Of a stretch of DNA of 64,000 bases, positions 14,703-28,760 are shown piece by piece. The stretch is from Paraspadella gotoi (lineage: Eukaryota; Animalia; Chaetognatha). Position 1 is the first letter of the stretch, and every line of letters starts with the position of its first letter. Below the pieces are notes generated by a model. The model was given only the letters and a program-made list of their open reading frames with translations, made no database searches and was not told where the DNA came from. The stretch spans positions 11,667,553-11,731,552 of the forward strand of contig CM119267.1 of assembly GCA_051294375.1 (NCBI GenBank), in the 5' to 3' direction. The translations under genes and the position numbers were made by a program.

Positions 14703-16236
14703 AGTCAAATACAGTTTGCCTCATTTTCTGTCTCCATATTTTATTCCCCATAAAAGGCCCCATTTCGCATCCCCTCTTCTCTCACCCAGTATTTCCTCTC
14801 TCACTTTTATTTATCTCAATACATCACGGATTCACGAGGGTTTCCTTTTTTCTCTCAGTTTACGAGTCAACTGNNNNNNNNNNATTCCAATACATCACGA
14901 GTCAACCTATTTGAAAGTTTCTGATACATGTTGAAGTTAATATAACTTTAATTCTTTAGGTTCAACTTTTCATCAGATTTTTAATAGAATCAAATTTTTT
15001 TATTATAGGATTTGTAATCTAAAATGTCATTTTTATACAAAATTTTCTGTCAACTTGAACGCATCAAGTTAAATTTCCCCAAAGAATAAAACCAACCATC
15101 CCGCTTGGTGACTTTTTTATAAAATCAACCACTCACCAATTCCTCATCCGTGACTCTTTATCTTTTTCACACCTTCGACTTTCACTTTTTTCTCATTTCA
15201 CTCCGTCCTCCCTCCTCTCGCCTTCCCCCTCCTCATCCACTCCCTCCCTCCGCCTCCTTTCGGCTAAAAAAGAAAATCCCGCGCCTGTGAGGACGAGGCT
15301 CCAAGTGAACGCGACAGAAAATCGATGCATCTGTCGGGGAGACGCCGAGAGGATGTTGAGGAGATGCCGAGGAGATGTCGGTGAGATGCCGATGAGTCGC
15401 GAAGATAGAAAGACAGTATGGAGCGTTTAATGATGACGAGATAAGAATCATCCGGACCGTGATTAGGACCAAAGAAAGTTAATTTTGCTTAAAATGTAAA
15501 GCTACGAAGAAACCATACGATTAGCGGGTTAAATTTACAAACAAACAAGAAATGGCGTGTGAAAATGCTGCGCCAAATTGACATTTTTTATGAAAGCTCG
15601 CATTTGCAACCACGTATTTATTAGAAATTTTAAAAAAATAAACAAATACGTATTTCATGAAAGATCTCGCGTTGACACTCTGATCACGTGAACGGATTTC
15701 CATTTGGTCACGTGACTACTCAAGTAAGAAACATACCCACAAAAAGCGTTCACTACCCCGCAAAGTATTGACGAAAGCGATTAAGTACATGTAAAAAAAA
15801 ATCAGTATATTACTACATTATTATATTCTCGATCATTGCTGGCGAAAGGACGAACTACCGTAGAAATGCCCTCGAAGATTGAGCAACTGTTATGGCGAAG
15901 CAACGATGTTTACCTTTAAACGACAAAGCAGAATCCTCGAAGCCATGGAATGGCAATCGCAACAACAATGGAATGGCAATCGCAACAACAAAGACGGCAA
16001 TGTGATTACGTCAGCATGACGACCACAACGACGACGACGAAGTAAACGGCAAAACAATTGAACGAAGTGCGAACCGCGATACACAGAAAGAGAAGCCAAC
16101 AGCTCGAACAGCTCTCTCCCCCCCCTTAACGTCTTTGAAGATAACAACGACAAACAAGTCCACAACAACAACGACAAAGACTGATATTAGTCATGCACCG
16201 AGGGAATTCGGGAGGCGCTCACCTCTGGTTATTTCT

Positions 16237-16267
<31 letters not shown>

Positions 16268-17339
16268 TATCATCATAATCGTCATTGTGTAGAATGGAGA
16301 TTTAGAATTTCCTTAATGATTAACTTAGTCTTGCTGNNNNNNNNNNNNNNNNNNNNNNNNNNNNNNNNNNNNNNNNNNNNNNNNNNNNNNNNNNNNNNNN
16401 NNNNNNNNNNNNNNNNNNNNNNNNNNNNNNNNNNNNNNNNNNNNNNNNNNNNNNNNNNNNNNNNNNNNNNNNNNNNNNNNNNNNNNNNNNNNNNNNNNNN
16501 NNNNNNNNNNNNNNNNNNNNNNNNNNNNNNNNNNNNNNNNNNNNNNNNNNNNNNNNNNNNNNNNNNNNNNNNNNNNNNNNNNNNNNNNNNNNNNNNNNNN
16601 NNNNNNNNNNNNNNNNNNNNNNNNNNNNNNNNNNNNNNNNNNNNNNNNNNNNNNNNNNNNNNNNNNNNNNNNNNNNNNNNNNNNNNNNNNNNNNNNNNNN
16701 NNNNNNNNNNNNNNNNNNNNNNNNNNNNNNNNNNNNNNNNNNNNNNNNNNNNNNNNNNNNNNNNNNNNNNNNNNNNNNNNNNNNNNNNNNNNNNNNNNNN
16801 NNNNNNNNNNNNNNNNNNNNNNNNNNNNNNNNNNNNNNNNNNNNNNNNNNNNNNGTAAGCGCAAAATCATTAGAACTTACATAATTGTAAATGTTGCTAC
16901 CTGTGCCTCTTTAACCCCGTCAGATTCTCGCGGATCTCTCTCCCCTTCACTTCTCTCAACAAAACTGTAAATTTAAATATTTTCTTCTCACTATTTTAAT
17001 AAAGGCTAAACGCGATGAACTACACTTCATTTTCACCAGACGCTTCAAATCACCATTTTCACATCAATCACGCGAGAGCGACCTCACTCACACTCAACAC
17101 TATCGATAACTATTTTCTTCACCTTCGTCCTTCTTTTCTCTCACCTCTTCTCTCTTCTCTCTCTCTCTTCTCTTCTCTCTCCCTTCTCTCCTCTCTCTCC
17201 TTTCTTCGTCAGAGGCGTCGCCGGCAACGACGACGCCGCGTGCGCGTCCTCCCGCGTGCGAGAGCGCGCAAAGCCAAAAAAGCTCGAGCGCGCGCGGTCG
17301 CCTAGCGACGCTCGCGCGCGCTCCTTGAGGAGCAAATGG

Positions 17340-18440
17340 CGCGAAAAGAAGGCCATTTACATGGGGGATCGAAAACGGGGAACCGAAGCGCGCCAATATT
17401 TCCGAGGCGCCAACCACCTAACCCCTTCACCATCCATTTAACCCTCCTTAGACGAAATTCCACCTTTCCCTCACCCTTATTCTTATTTTCCACTCTTCAT
17501 CATCTTTCTTATTTTTATATTTTCCCTCTTTCCCCCTCATTTTTTTAGTTTTCCGCTTTCCCTCTCTTTTTTTATTTTCCTCTTCACCCCTCTTTTTTTT
17601 ATTGTATCCCTCTTTCCCTTCTTTTTTTATTTTCCTCTTCGTCCCCCTTTTTTTTTTATTCGCTTTCCCCCCCTCTTTTTTTTTATTTTTCTCTCTCTTC
17701 CCCCCTCTTTTTTTTTATTATTCCTCTCTATGCCCGCATTCTGTTTTTTATTATTCCTCTTCCCCTTCTTTTTTTATTTTCCTCTTTCCCTTCCTTCCAT
17801 CTGCTCCTTCTCATTCGAGTCTATTTTTGACAATTTCCGGAGATTAAACGCGCAAAGTAAGAATCTCCTTTGCGTCTGTGGGGCGAATGAGAATCATCTG
17901 GACGAGTTTGGTTAATCAGTGCATTGTTAAATCTCGCAAAATTATTATATTGTTATTATTATTATTATATATAATAATAATAATAATAAATAATAATAAC
18001 ATATAATAACAAATAAATATTTGCAAACAATATTTTAAAATCTAAAAGTAAAACCAAAAATAGTGAAACAAGTAATTTTGCAAGTTTCATGTTTAAAATG
18101 ATATTTATTCAACTGACAAATTTACAATAGTTCTTCGTAAACTTGACGAAGAAAAGATTTAAATAACACGAAAAAAATGTAAAACACGGTTATTTTAAAT
18201 AGAACTATATATATCGTTTTTGTGGATCAGGCGCTAAGTGGGTTGAAGACTCGAGGCTTGAGGGATTTCCAGACCCCAAGGCGGTTTACGGCAGTCCTCA
18301 TGCTTCGCACAGGGTAGGTACCGTGTTGGGATTGAACCCGGAACCTTGTCGTCATAAGTCATAAGTCATGAGCCACCGAGTCACGACTGAATCATGTCCA
18401 TGCTTATAGGCGGGGTGAACTTATGCAATGCCCGACTACA
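17340..18440. mobile_element. ~1.1-kb dispersed element, copy 1: internal ~24-nt pyrimidine minisatellite, (TAA)n tract and tRNA-like segment; ends ...GACTACA
   Basis: Near-identical direct copy at 25728-26801. The flanks diverge immediately after GACTACA. Confidence 0.7.
18224..18387 (-). mobile_element. tRNA-derived SINE-like segment (second copy at 26587-26748)
   Basis: The minus strand has an A-box-like TGACTCGGTGG and a B-box GGTTCAATCCC at roughly tRNA-like spacing, followed by a GC-rich body. I could not fold an intact cloverleaf. Confidence 0.55.
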
Positions 18441-21400
18441 AATTATGTTTTTAGCTTGATCCTAGCTTGATAACAATTATACTATGTTAAATATCAAAAC
18501 ATGATAAATACAAAAATGTTTTCAGCTTGATATAAACAGTTGGACATCACCTTCTTGTCTGCTGAAAAAAAAATATGGAATATTTATCTTTAACTGCAAA
18601 CTAAAAGTTGACACACTCTGTTTATCATAATAAAGTTTTTAAAAATTATATAACGGCAATATATTTGACAAAGCAAGATATCATCTGTTTTGATAATTTT
18701 CTTTACTTAAATATTAGCAAGAATTTTATTCTATTATTTATCATCCATTTTAATTAAGAAAACAATATTTTCTCATAATAGCCCATTAGAAAGGGTTCAT
18801 TGCACTGACCTTAATGATTGAATTTTTAGATCTTCTACTGCCCCCATTTCACAAGATATAAAAGTCATGGTTATCATGTCAGTAAGGTCCAGATTATCTG
18901 TACCCTTATACAACCTGCATTCTGCAATAATTTCTTTTCCCTTTCAAATTGTTATTAAATAAAAAAAATTATTTTGAGAGAACAATCGGCGTGGAGGATG
19001 CCATTGGTAAGCCTTAGTTTACCCCACTTCCCGATCGAATTTTTAATGAGTGGTTTTTTTTTCCCCCATTATTGATGTTGGATCCATAACACTAACTATA
19101 GTACTACTATTATTTTTTTTTTTTTTTTTCTATTACCAATTCTAGGAATAATCTAAATATGATAAGTAACTTTTTAAATAAAAATTTTATCATTCTTTCA
19201 CCCTATATTTCGGTCATATCTAAAAAACAAAAAACGACTTTTGACATTGATTATTTTGAGATATCGACATATGAAAACTATAAACGTTTCAAAAAATAAA
19301 AAGAAATATTAAATATTAAACAGTAAATTTTTTTTATGCACGGAAACAAGTACACGATATCTACACCATTTTCATTGTGTCGTATATAAATTTTCAGCTC
19401 ATTACACCCAAATAATCTTCAAAAAGGCCCGATTATTAAATGAAACGCCCCGACGACGACGCACAACCACGACGACGACGCCACTTATGTGCAAAAAGCG
19501 CTTACGAGGGAGATCGTCGCCCAAACGCCCCCAAAAGCGATTCGACGATAAAAAAACAAATAATATTTAACTTCTTACTACTATTGCGACTTTCATAATA
19601 CTCCAATTGTAAAAAGCGTGATAACGCACAACATCACCTAAGAAGCAAAACCATTATCTTCTTCCAAGACAGAATTCGCTCCCGTCTGGCGAGATAAAAA
19701 TGGGTATTCGCGAAAAAACTTTCGAAAAAAGTCCCGGTCTGTATTTTTATTATTACCATGCTGAATTGTACATTATCCTTTTTAATTGCAATTAAACATT
19801 AAAATTCACGCCATATTCTCACCTCTCGCCATACAAACTCTTTAGGCTCGGGCGCTGCGGGCCTTGACCGCACTGCTAAAGCCGCGCGTCAAACACGCGC
19901 GACGCTCCGGCAGAACGCCGCGCCGAAAAGAGGGGCGCGCCCGCGTTGCGGGGGAGCCCCAGGAATAGGCTCCTCGGGCCACTTACTCCGCCGCCGCGTG
20001 ACAAGTGGGTCGGTTTTTGGGTCGTTTGGCGGCGTGCGCTCGAAAAGATATTCATGCGCCCGGCAGGGAAACATCGAAGCGGCGGCGGCACCGTTGCAAG
20101 GCAACGAGCGACCCCGCATGAATACCTCGTTGCGGCCCAGGAGAAGGCGGAGTGCATGCATAATAGTCTTGTAAAATATGTAAATTGTAAAAGAATTATA
20201 AATGATTATTCATGAGAGAGTTAAAAGGAAACCTGGTTTTTTCTCCAGCTTCAAAGCCCCAACGGAAATTGGACGACGAAAAAACCGGATTGACTCACGA
20301 ACGATTTTAGGGAAGGAAGGGAGATCGGGTACGTAAGGCGCAAGGAGAAGAAATCGTCAAAGCGCACCTTTGGGTCCCGACGAGCGACAAACTCATATTT
20401 CGCTTTCTAAAAGTTTAAAAAAAAACCGTGTGACTTTTTTATTCATTTGTACTTCTACAAAATAAAAAGTAACAATAAAAAAAATGAATTGGCACACATT
20501 AACTCTTTCATCCGACATAAAACGTGGGTAAAAACGAAAAGGAAAAGTTTTATCGTTTACCGCGTTGAATTCGCGAAAAGTTACTTTCTTCGTTATTAAT
20601 TTTCCCTGAACAAATTTTGTTCGCATACGGCAAATTCAAGAGATGAAAAGACCTTCAACTCGTTACTGAAATTCATAGAAGTGCCTCACGGTATGCCCCG
20701 AACGAAATGGAGACAGTATTCTTGAAGATTCTTGAAAGAATTATTAAACTGATCTTACTTTCTTTTTTTTGATATCTGTCTTCTTTTATCATAAATTTTA
20801 GATTCTACCGATATCTGATGACTGGTTTATTCTCCGTAGCTTTGTATTCTTTGGGTTGTCGTTCGGGCGATGTAATGGCTTGCTTGACCCGCAGCCCATG
20901 CTACTACGGGCCCGATACCCCGACTAATGCCGGGCTGAACCAAGCGATAAGCCTAATAATACCTGACAACAAAAGATGGTGCTGCCTCAAACTCTTGTGG
21001 TGGACATCCATCTCAACACACCAACCTCTGTCTCTTTCTTTCCTTTTCTTCTCTCTCTCTGATTTTCACCCTACTCATCTGCTTCATCCTCCTTTTCCAT
21101 TTATAATTCTATTTCTTAACTTTCATAGCACATATAGACTGAATTTCTCGAAAATGAAGGTTTTAAAGAAAGAAAATAACGACACTACCCAATAAACATT
21201 ATTCTCTATATTTGTTATTCTTACTCTTACTCATCGATAAACGGATTATTTAATATAAAAAGCCTCTTAGTAAAATGAGAAGGTTTGCGGCAATTAACCG
21301 ATGAGGCTGATTCAGTGGTGCGGCATCCTGCTAACTGCGAATAGTTATTGACATGGTAATGCTGCAATGGTTTTGGTGCTAAAATACGGAAATTAATTAT

Positions 21401-23149
21401 TTGCAGTGACTATCTAAACAATTTTAAAACTGAAGAATTAAATTGTCAGAAGTTATTTTATTCATTTTATGAAATTGAGTAACAACCATATAAAAATGTG
21501 ATCCCGCATGTTTTTTTTTTCGTGTCGTACTTCATCGTCGTCGTCGTCCGTCCATCCGTGGTCTTTAGTTCAAACGAAAAACAAAAAATCTGGACCTTTC
21601 TTTTCCGAGAGTGTCCCATTCTGCCTACTCCCTTTATCCGATAGTGCCTCCGTTTTCTTTTGTTTTTCTATTGAATATTCTAAGTATATTTCTGAATCCA
21701 CCTGAGTCCCTCATGATTTGCTTTTTTAAGTGCTTTATTACCTCCATCTCTTTCTAATGTGATTTCAGAATGTGAATAGATAAAGAATAAGAATTAAAAC
21801 TTCGTCTTTTATTATGTTTTACTTGTTAGAACTTTGACATTAAGAAAAACTGTAATCAATAATTTTTTAAACATAACCATTTAATACTAAATACTACTCC
21901 CAAATACACAAAACACAAATCCTAACCCCTTATTTTGAACCCATTAACCTAAAAAATTAAGATAAAATGGGCTCCGTTCTTTAAATATAAGCGCCAAAAA
22001 TCCTTCATTTCGAATCTTCTATTTAGTTTATGTTTGTTTTTATAAAAATTAAAATTCATTGTATTTTTTTCACTATATTTTTTCTCTATTCTTTATGTCA
22101 CTTGGTTATTCTGCTATCAATAAGTCCCCTTATACTTTTAGTCCTTTGAACATATAATTGCTTTGATTAAATCTTATTTTTTCTCATTTTTCTCTTTGTT
22201 TATATTTTTAGCGAAAAAATCAAAATTCGAAGACCAGCACGTATTTGAATTGATCGCTTGATCTTATTATTCTATTGATTCTTCTGTTGTTTTGAACTTC
22301 AGCGGACGCCAGAACTGAAAAAAAATTGTAGGAAACAAAAGAGCTGTGTGTGATATTCAGAGGTATTGCAGCTGAACGCATTTATTTTAATTAAATATAA
22401 GTATATACAGATAAATATTAGTTTATAAGCAAAATAAAAATATCTGTGGAACAAATTGTTTATAAGTTAACCGCTATTAATACCAACATTAGCGTATTAG
22501 AGAATAAGAATTAAAAGTTAAGAATTAGTTTATTCAAACAAGCTCCATTGGCGTATAAAATAATATATGATATTATGTGCATATTTTTAAGAAATAGAAG
22601 CCACAGCCTTAAATTTTTCTAAAACACTCTCGACAGACAGCCACTGACCGAAAAGTTTCTCAGGAGTTATTTCGCGCCAGCAAATACAGAGACGCGAAGA
22701 GAGAGCAGAGATATAAGAAAGAATTGACACAGACAATTTAAACTGTGTGACCAGTTTGAAAAACAAGACGAAAATTATTTGGGAGAAATTCATGAATCAA
22801 CTCTTCGGAGGAAATGCACGTGGCGTGCGAGTGCGTTTGATGGGATATTTTGTCGTCTTCCACTGTGCTCGCTCGAGTTCTCCGCACAAGAGTAGACCTC
22901 TTACGAGAGGAATACAGATCATGGCGCATACCGATCTGACCTAGCGACCGTTGCCCACATACCATGGATGGAATCTACGTGAATTATGAATCACAACTAA
23001 ATTACGTTAGCAGAGACGATGAACGAGTAAAGCTTTTATCTGAGAGGTAAGTCGTGATGACTCAAGATGGAAAATTAGGGAGAGGGTTAAGGGAGGGAAC
23101 GAGTATAAAAGGACGTAGTCATATCAAGGGAATCGTGGAAGCGAAATAC

Positions 23150-24946
23150 TCCAGCCGACTATTACCACCATCTAAATCACCCTTCTCACCAAATCTAAAT
23201 GTAAATGTCCATTCGATATATTTACACTTACCTAATACCACCTATTACATCTATAGCGACAAACATAGACATTTTACTTATAATTTTCTACACAAGTGTC
23301 AGACACTCGTAACATAAACCACATTACTACTTTGGTTATAGACTATGCAGAACAAGTGAGTCAGAGATGAGAAAGCACGAAGAAAAATAACTACTCTCGG
23401 TACGCGAAGCGTGAATACGAGGCAGAAGAGTTCTTAACCGTCGCACCGGGCGACGCTGGGCCCGTGACTCAGAAGACATTGTGCGAAGTTGTGATTCTCT
23501 GGGACAGCAATTAGATTAAAGCAGCCAATGCGCTCTTTTGGCCGCCGACTCTCAAAAGCATAACTCATATAAATGTTGTCGAGCAATTATATTCGAAAAA
23601 TAATGATAACTCTAGGTCTACGAGAACAAAGCGAATATCTGGACGGAACACATACGAAAGCGACTCTTTTACAAGAACAGCGCTCTCCGTCCTCTACGAG
23701 GAATACACGCCATTTCTCTCTCTCTCAACTATGCGTTTCGATTTGTAGTATTTGTATCATCTGGCATCTCTCGAAGTCGACGAACAAATCAGTGGTGTGT
23801 TGTTTAAACAGAAATGAATTAAATTGACGGCGCTAAAGCGAATATGTGTGAATTAGTTGTGTGTACACGGATATGTCTCTGCACCGAGCTGATACGACCG
23901 TTCGGAAGTATCTATTAATGGGACTTCTCAGAGACACTCGCTTACTTAGCAATGGCCGTTATATTATCTTTAAATTAGAATTTTAGAAAATCGTTAATAG
24001 AATATTCTCGAGCTTTATAAGATGATGTGAAGGGAAGAGAGATGCATAAGAGAATTCTTTCGAAAAATCATTTTAACATTTGAATAAATAAGAACAATAT
24101 ATATATTATCCTAAAAGTTGAAGAAAACGACAATATGCCAGGATAACTCCGATTTTGAAGATCTCCTAGAACCATATTAACGCCAAAGCGATCTCAATAG
24201 TCTCATTTGATTAATAATCACAGAATTAATACTGCATACATTTTATCTCTATGTATTAATATGAGATCTAATAGGTAATGTTAGAGAAGTAGGTTAAGAG
24301 TAGAGGCGTCCTCTATAGTAGATTTAACAAAGATAAATATCTTTACATATAATTATCTAATTATCTGCTATAATTCTAGTCGATCCCACATATCCATAAC
24401 CAAAAACCCAGCGATTCTATCGAATCCACACTACTCAGTGTCCAAATTAAGTGAGTGGTTAGCCAGATCAACTGGTGATTCACGAGACTCGGCCGACCAG
24501 CCGCAGACGGTACCGCCACACTTGCCGCTTCCATATTCGGATGGAAGTACTCACCGGCAGAGTAATTCACCGGGCCGGTCGGCGGGCGCGACAGTGGACG
24601 AGGTGCTAACCGCGTCCGTCTGCGTGAAAAAGTGGCGGTCCGGCCACGCCCCTAGCTGCGACCAGGAAAAGACAAGAAGAAAGACAAGCGAGGAAACGGC
24701 GCGTGCGTGCCGACGGCATTGCGCCGCGTTTGCAAACCGCCCCCTGCAAAACGGAGAAGTGAACATGAATTGCACCCCCGTGCAAGTCAATCATCTTAAG
24801 AAATCCATTAGAAATCCTCAGAATCGTTATTTGAACATTCAAATTACTACAGTTTTATCAATGTCAACCGAGTTAACCCTGTGTTTTTTGTTCCTAATTC
24901 TATCGTCATGTTAATTTGTTTTCATATGCGGGTTCGAAAAATGTAG
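23150..24946. other. Noisy, insertion-rich inverted copy of ~26797-27840 (likely long-read gap-fill artefact)
   Basis: 24800-24946 is the reverse complement of ~26797-26940. Similarity decays leftwards with many insertions, and the segment ends at an N gap. Confidence 0.7.
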
Positions 24947-24971
24947 NNNNNNNNNNNNNNNNNNNNNNNNN

Positions 24972-25696
24972 TTCTTTTCCTGGTCCAGCTAGGGGCGTGG
25001 CCGGACGCCACTTTTCCAACGACGCCACCTCGTCCACGATCGCCGCCCGCCGACGCCGAGATTCCAATTCCGAATAAGGAAGGCAAGGGCGACCTCTGGG
25101 TGTCGCCAGCGGAATCACCACTCCGGAATGCTAGAGGGGTTCGTAGAATCGGGTTTGGAAAGGGGACGCAGAATCAAAGAAATTAGAAGTAAGATTTTCT
25201 TGTTTCTTAGAGACGCCTCACCTAACTACTTACTAAACTCTCCAAGAGATAAATGTAGCAGATTAATTTGTGAATTATTTCAAATGAGATTGAGTTCGTA
25301 AATCTCACTTGCATATTGTCGTTTTCTGATTAAGTTTTTTTAAATTTTCAATCCTTTCCTCTTCCTCTCTTATTCCCAACTCATCCCAGTCCCCCCCAAC
25401 CACATCCGTCGACAATCGCCCACAATCACCCGCACCTTAACATTCTGCCCGAACACAGGCACCGGACGCGTGGAGCCTTTCTTGTAAAAGTCGCTTTCGT
25501 ATTCTGGCGTCCTGTACGCTTTGTCGCCGCCGTTTTTTCGCGGCACAAAGTTTCTTGCGGCGGCCGCCTCGGGCGACGCCGCCAACGCAGCCGCCGGCCA
25601 GTCGCCGTGGCGGTTAGACTCGCCGAGTCGCGACAATCGTTTCTTCTTTCCCATTTCTCTGTCCAGAGTCAAAGTGTATGTGGTTTGTCGTGTCGC
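24972..25696 (-). CDS. SPATS1: SPATS1-like, clean copy of two exons (25436-25696, and 25130 down to the gap)
   Basis: The 261-nt phase-0 exon encodes ATRQTTYTLTLDREMGKKKR...RNFVPRKNGGDKAYRTPEYESDFYKKGSTRPVPVFG. The next exon encodes HSGVVIPLATPRGRPCLPYSELESRRRRAAIVDEVASLEKWRPATPL. These match recalled human SPATS1 motifs (RNGIPKLTPGDNPYMYPEQSKGFHKAGSMLP; FIPL...PNLPF...EVEELDNWQPAVPL). Confidence 0.85.
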
Positions 25697-25727
25697 CTGG
25701 AGNNNNNNNNNNNNNNNNNNNNNNNNN

Positions 25728-26801
25728 TGCGCAAAAAGAAGGCCATTTACATGGGGGATCGAAAACGGGGAACCGAAGCGCGCCAATATTTCCGAGGCGC
25801 CAACCACCTAACCCTTCACCATCCATTTAACCCTCCTTAGACGAAATTCCACCTTTCCCTCACCCTTATTCTTATTTTCCACTCTTCATCATCTTTTTTT
25901 TATATTTTCCTCTTTCCCCCTCTTTTTTTATTTTCCGCTTTCCCCTCTTTTTTTATTTTCCTCTTCCCCCTCTTTTTTTATTTTCCTCTTTCCCTTCTTT
26001 TTTTATTTTCCTCTTTCCCCTCTTTTTTTATTTTCCGCTTTCCCCCTCTTTTTTTTATTTTCCTCTTTCCCCCTCTTTTTTATTTTCCTCTTTCCCCTTC
26101 TTTTTTTATTTTCCTCTTCCCCTTCTTTTTTTATTTTCCTCTTTCCCTTCCTTCCATCTGCTCCTTCTCATTCGAGTCTATTTTTTGACAATTTCCGGAG
26201 ATTAAACGCGCAAAGTAAGAATCTCCTTTGCGTCTGTGGGGCGAATGAGAATCATCTGGACGAGTTTGGTTAATCAGTGCATTGTTAAATCTCGCAAAAT
26301 TATTATATTGTTATTATTATTATTATATATAATAATAATAATAATAAATAATAATAACATATAATAACAAATAAATATTTTGCAAACAATATTTTTAAAA
26401 TCTAGCAGTAAAACCAAAAATAGTGAAACAAGTAAATTTGCAAGTTTCATGTTTAAAATGATATTTATTCAACTGACAAATTTACAATAGTTCTTCGTAA
26501 ACTTGACGAAGAAAAGATTTAAATATCACGAAAAAAATGTAAAAAAACGGTTATTTTTAAATAGAACTATATATATCGTTTTTGTTGGATCAGGCGCTAA
26601 GTGGTTGAAGACTCGAGGCTTGAGGGATTCCAGACCCCAAGGCGGTTTACGGCAGTCCTCATGCTTCGCACAGGGTAGGTACCGTGTTGGGATTGAACCC
26701 GGAACCTTGTCGTCATAAGTCATAAGTCATGAGCCACCGAGTCACGACTAAATCATGTCCATGCTTATAGGCGGGGTGAACTTATGCAATGCCCGACTAC
26801 A
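25728..26801. mobile_element. ~1.1-kb dispersed element, copy 2 (5' end lost in a gap)
   Basis: Direct repeat of 17340-18440 with a few substitutions and indels. Confidence 0.7.
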
Positions 26802-26858
26802 TTTTTTGAACCCCAAGAAAACAAATTAACATGACGATGAATTAGAAAAAAAACACAG

Positions 26859-27892
26859 TTAACTGGTTACATTGATAAATACTGTAATTTGAATGTTCAA
26901 ATAACGATTCTGAGGATTTCTAATGATTTCTAATGATTGACCACCAATCATCACTTTCCCTTTTGCAGGGCGGTTTGCAAACGCGGCCAATCCGCCACCA
27001 CCGCACCGCCGCTTGTCTTCCTTGTCTTTTCCTGGTCCAGCTAGGGGCGTGGCCGGACGCCACTTTTTCCAACGACGCCACCTCGTCCACGATCGCCGCC
27101 CGCCGACGCCGAGATTCCAATTCCGAATAAGGAAGGCTAAGGGCGACCTCTGGGGTGTCGCCAGCGGAATCACCACTCCGGAATGCTAGAGGGGTTCGTA
27201 GAATCGGGTTTGGAAAGAGGGACGCAGAATCAAAGAAATTAGAAGTAAGATTTCTTGTTTCTTAGAGACGCCTCACCTAACTACTTACTAAACTCTCCAA
27301 GAGATAAATGTAGCAGATTAATTTGTGAATTATTTCAAATGAGATTGACGTTCGTAAATCTCACTTGCATATTGTCGTTTTCTGATTAAGTTTTTTTTAA
27401 ATTTTCAATCCTTTCCTCTTCCTCTCTTATTCCCAACTCATCCCAGTCCCCCCCAACCACATCCGTCGACAAATCGCCCACAATCACCCGCACGCTTAAC
27501 ATTCTGCGCGAACACAGGCACCGGACGCGTGGAGCCTTTCTTGTAAAAGTCGCTTTCGTATTCTGGCGTCCTGTACGCTTTTGTCGCCGCCGTTTTTCGC
27601 GGCACAAAGTTTCTTGCGGCGGCCGCCTCGGGGCGACGCCGCCAACGCAGCCGCCGGCCCAGTCGCCGTGGCGGTTAGACTCCCGCGAGTCGCGACAATC
27701 GTTTCTTCTTTCCCATTTCTCTGTCCAGAGTCAAAGTGTATGTGGTTTGTCGTGTCGCCTGGAGAAAAAGAAGAAGTTGTGAGAGATGGGTGGTAGGGTG
27801 ATAGGTGACTACTGATTGGTGAAGGTGATAGGTGGCGGCGGTTAGAGATCTGAAGAACGTTTTAGCGAGAAACAACACCCGATGCTCTTCTT

Positions 27893-27986
<94 letters not shown>

Positions 27987-27987
27987 A

Positions 27988-28029
<42 letters not shown>

Positions 28030-28033
28030 CTCT

Positions 28034-28088
<55 letters not shown>

Positions 28089-28584
28089 GAAAAAAAAAAA
28101 ATCTGACATCCAAAACAAATAACAAACCAATAATCATCATTTTAAATTGTGAAATTCGTGATTTTTATCTATTCACTAAATTTAAGAGCATTTTTTATTT
28201 TTTTAAAAATCGCTTTTTAATTTAATCGGACTGTTCGTTTTTATTATTCATCTCAAATAATTCAAATTCCTTCCATATTTAATTCCTTTCGGAATTAATA
28301 AACCTCTCTCCATCATTAATTTATGGTTTGATTTACTTTCTCCTCTTTTCGCTTAACCTGGATGAAATGCCCCTGATGCGCGTGCGCATTCCGGCTCCCT
28401 CGTCGGGCGTCCAGCGCCCATTCCGTTCTCCGTCTGGGCACGCGCCGCGTGAAGCGGGCGCGTCCCGTGCCCGGGATGAGCGGATGCTTGTGCGCCAGGT
28501 GCGCCAGTGGCTCGGAAGTGGGCTCGAGAATACGCGAAGGCGCGACTCCCAGTCTAGACCGGAACTGAATTTGGAGTAGGCGAC
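26859..28584 (-). CDS. SPATS1: SPATS1-like gene, indel-containing copy with exons ~28584-28358, 27758-27495 and 27185-~26859; start and stop uncertain
   Basis: Same exons as 24972-25696 but with single-base insertions. An additional upstream exon (VAYSKFSSGLDWESRLRVFSSP...) is bounded by aag| and |gttaag. Frameshifts mostly fall at homopolymers, consistent with sequencing error. Confidence 0.7.
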
Positions 28585-28746
28585 CTTGAAGAATGTGGGT
28601 GGGTAAGTGAGTTGAAAGAGTGGGAGGCGGGTGGGAAGGTAGGGCGAAAAAATAAGGAAGAGGAAAGAGAATAAAACGACAATAGATTCGACGTGAATAA
28701 CAAAAACTGACACCGGACGATTTTCAAACTGTCCAGACCATTTTTC

Positions 28747-28760
28747 GTCTTCATGGAAAC
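28747..28760. promoter_or_regulatory. Imperfect X-box upstream of the SPATS1-like gene
   Basis: The minus strand reads GTTTCCATGAAGAC, which has one good half-site. Confidence 0.3.

Noticed and set aside
18328-18387. Possible tRNA gene
   Set aside because: A/B boxes are present, but there is no acceptor stem and the anticodon arm is replaced by a TTATGAC duplication. It is treated as SINE-like.
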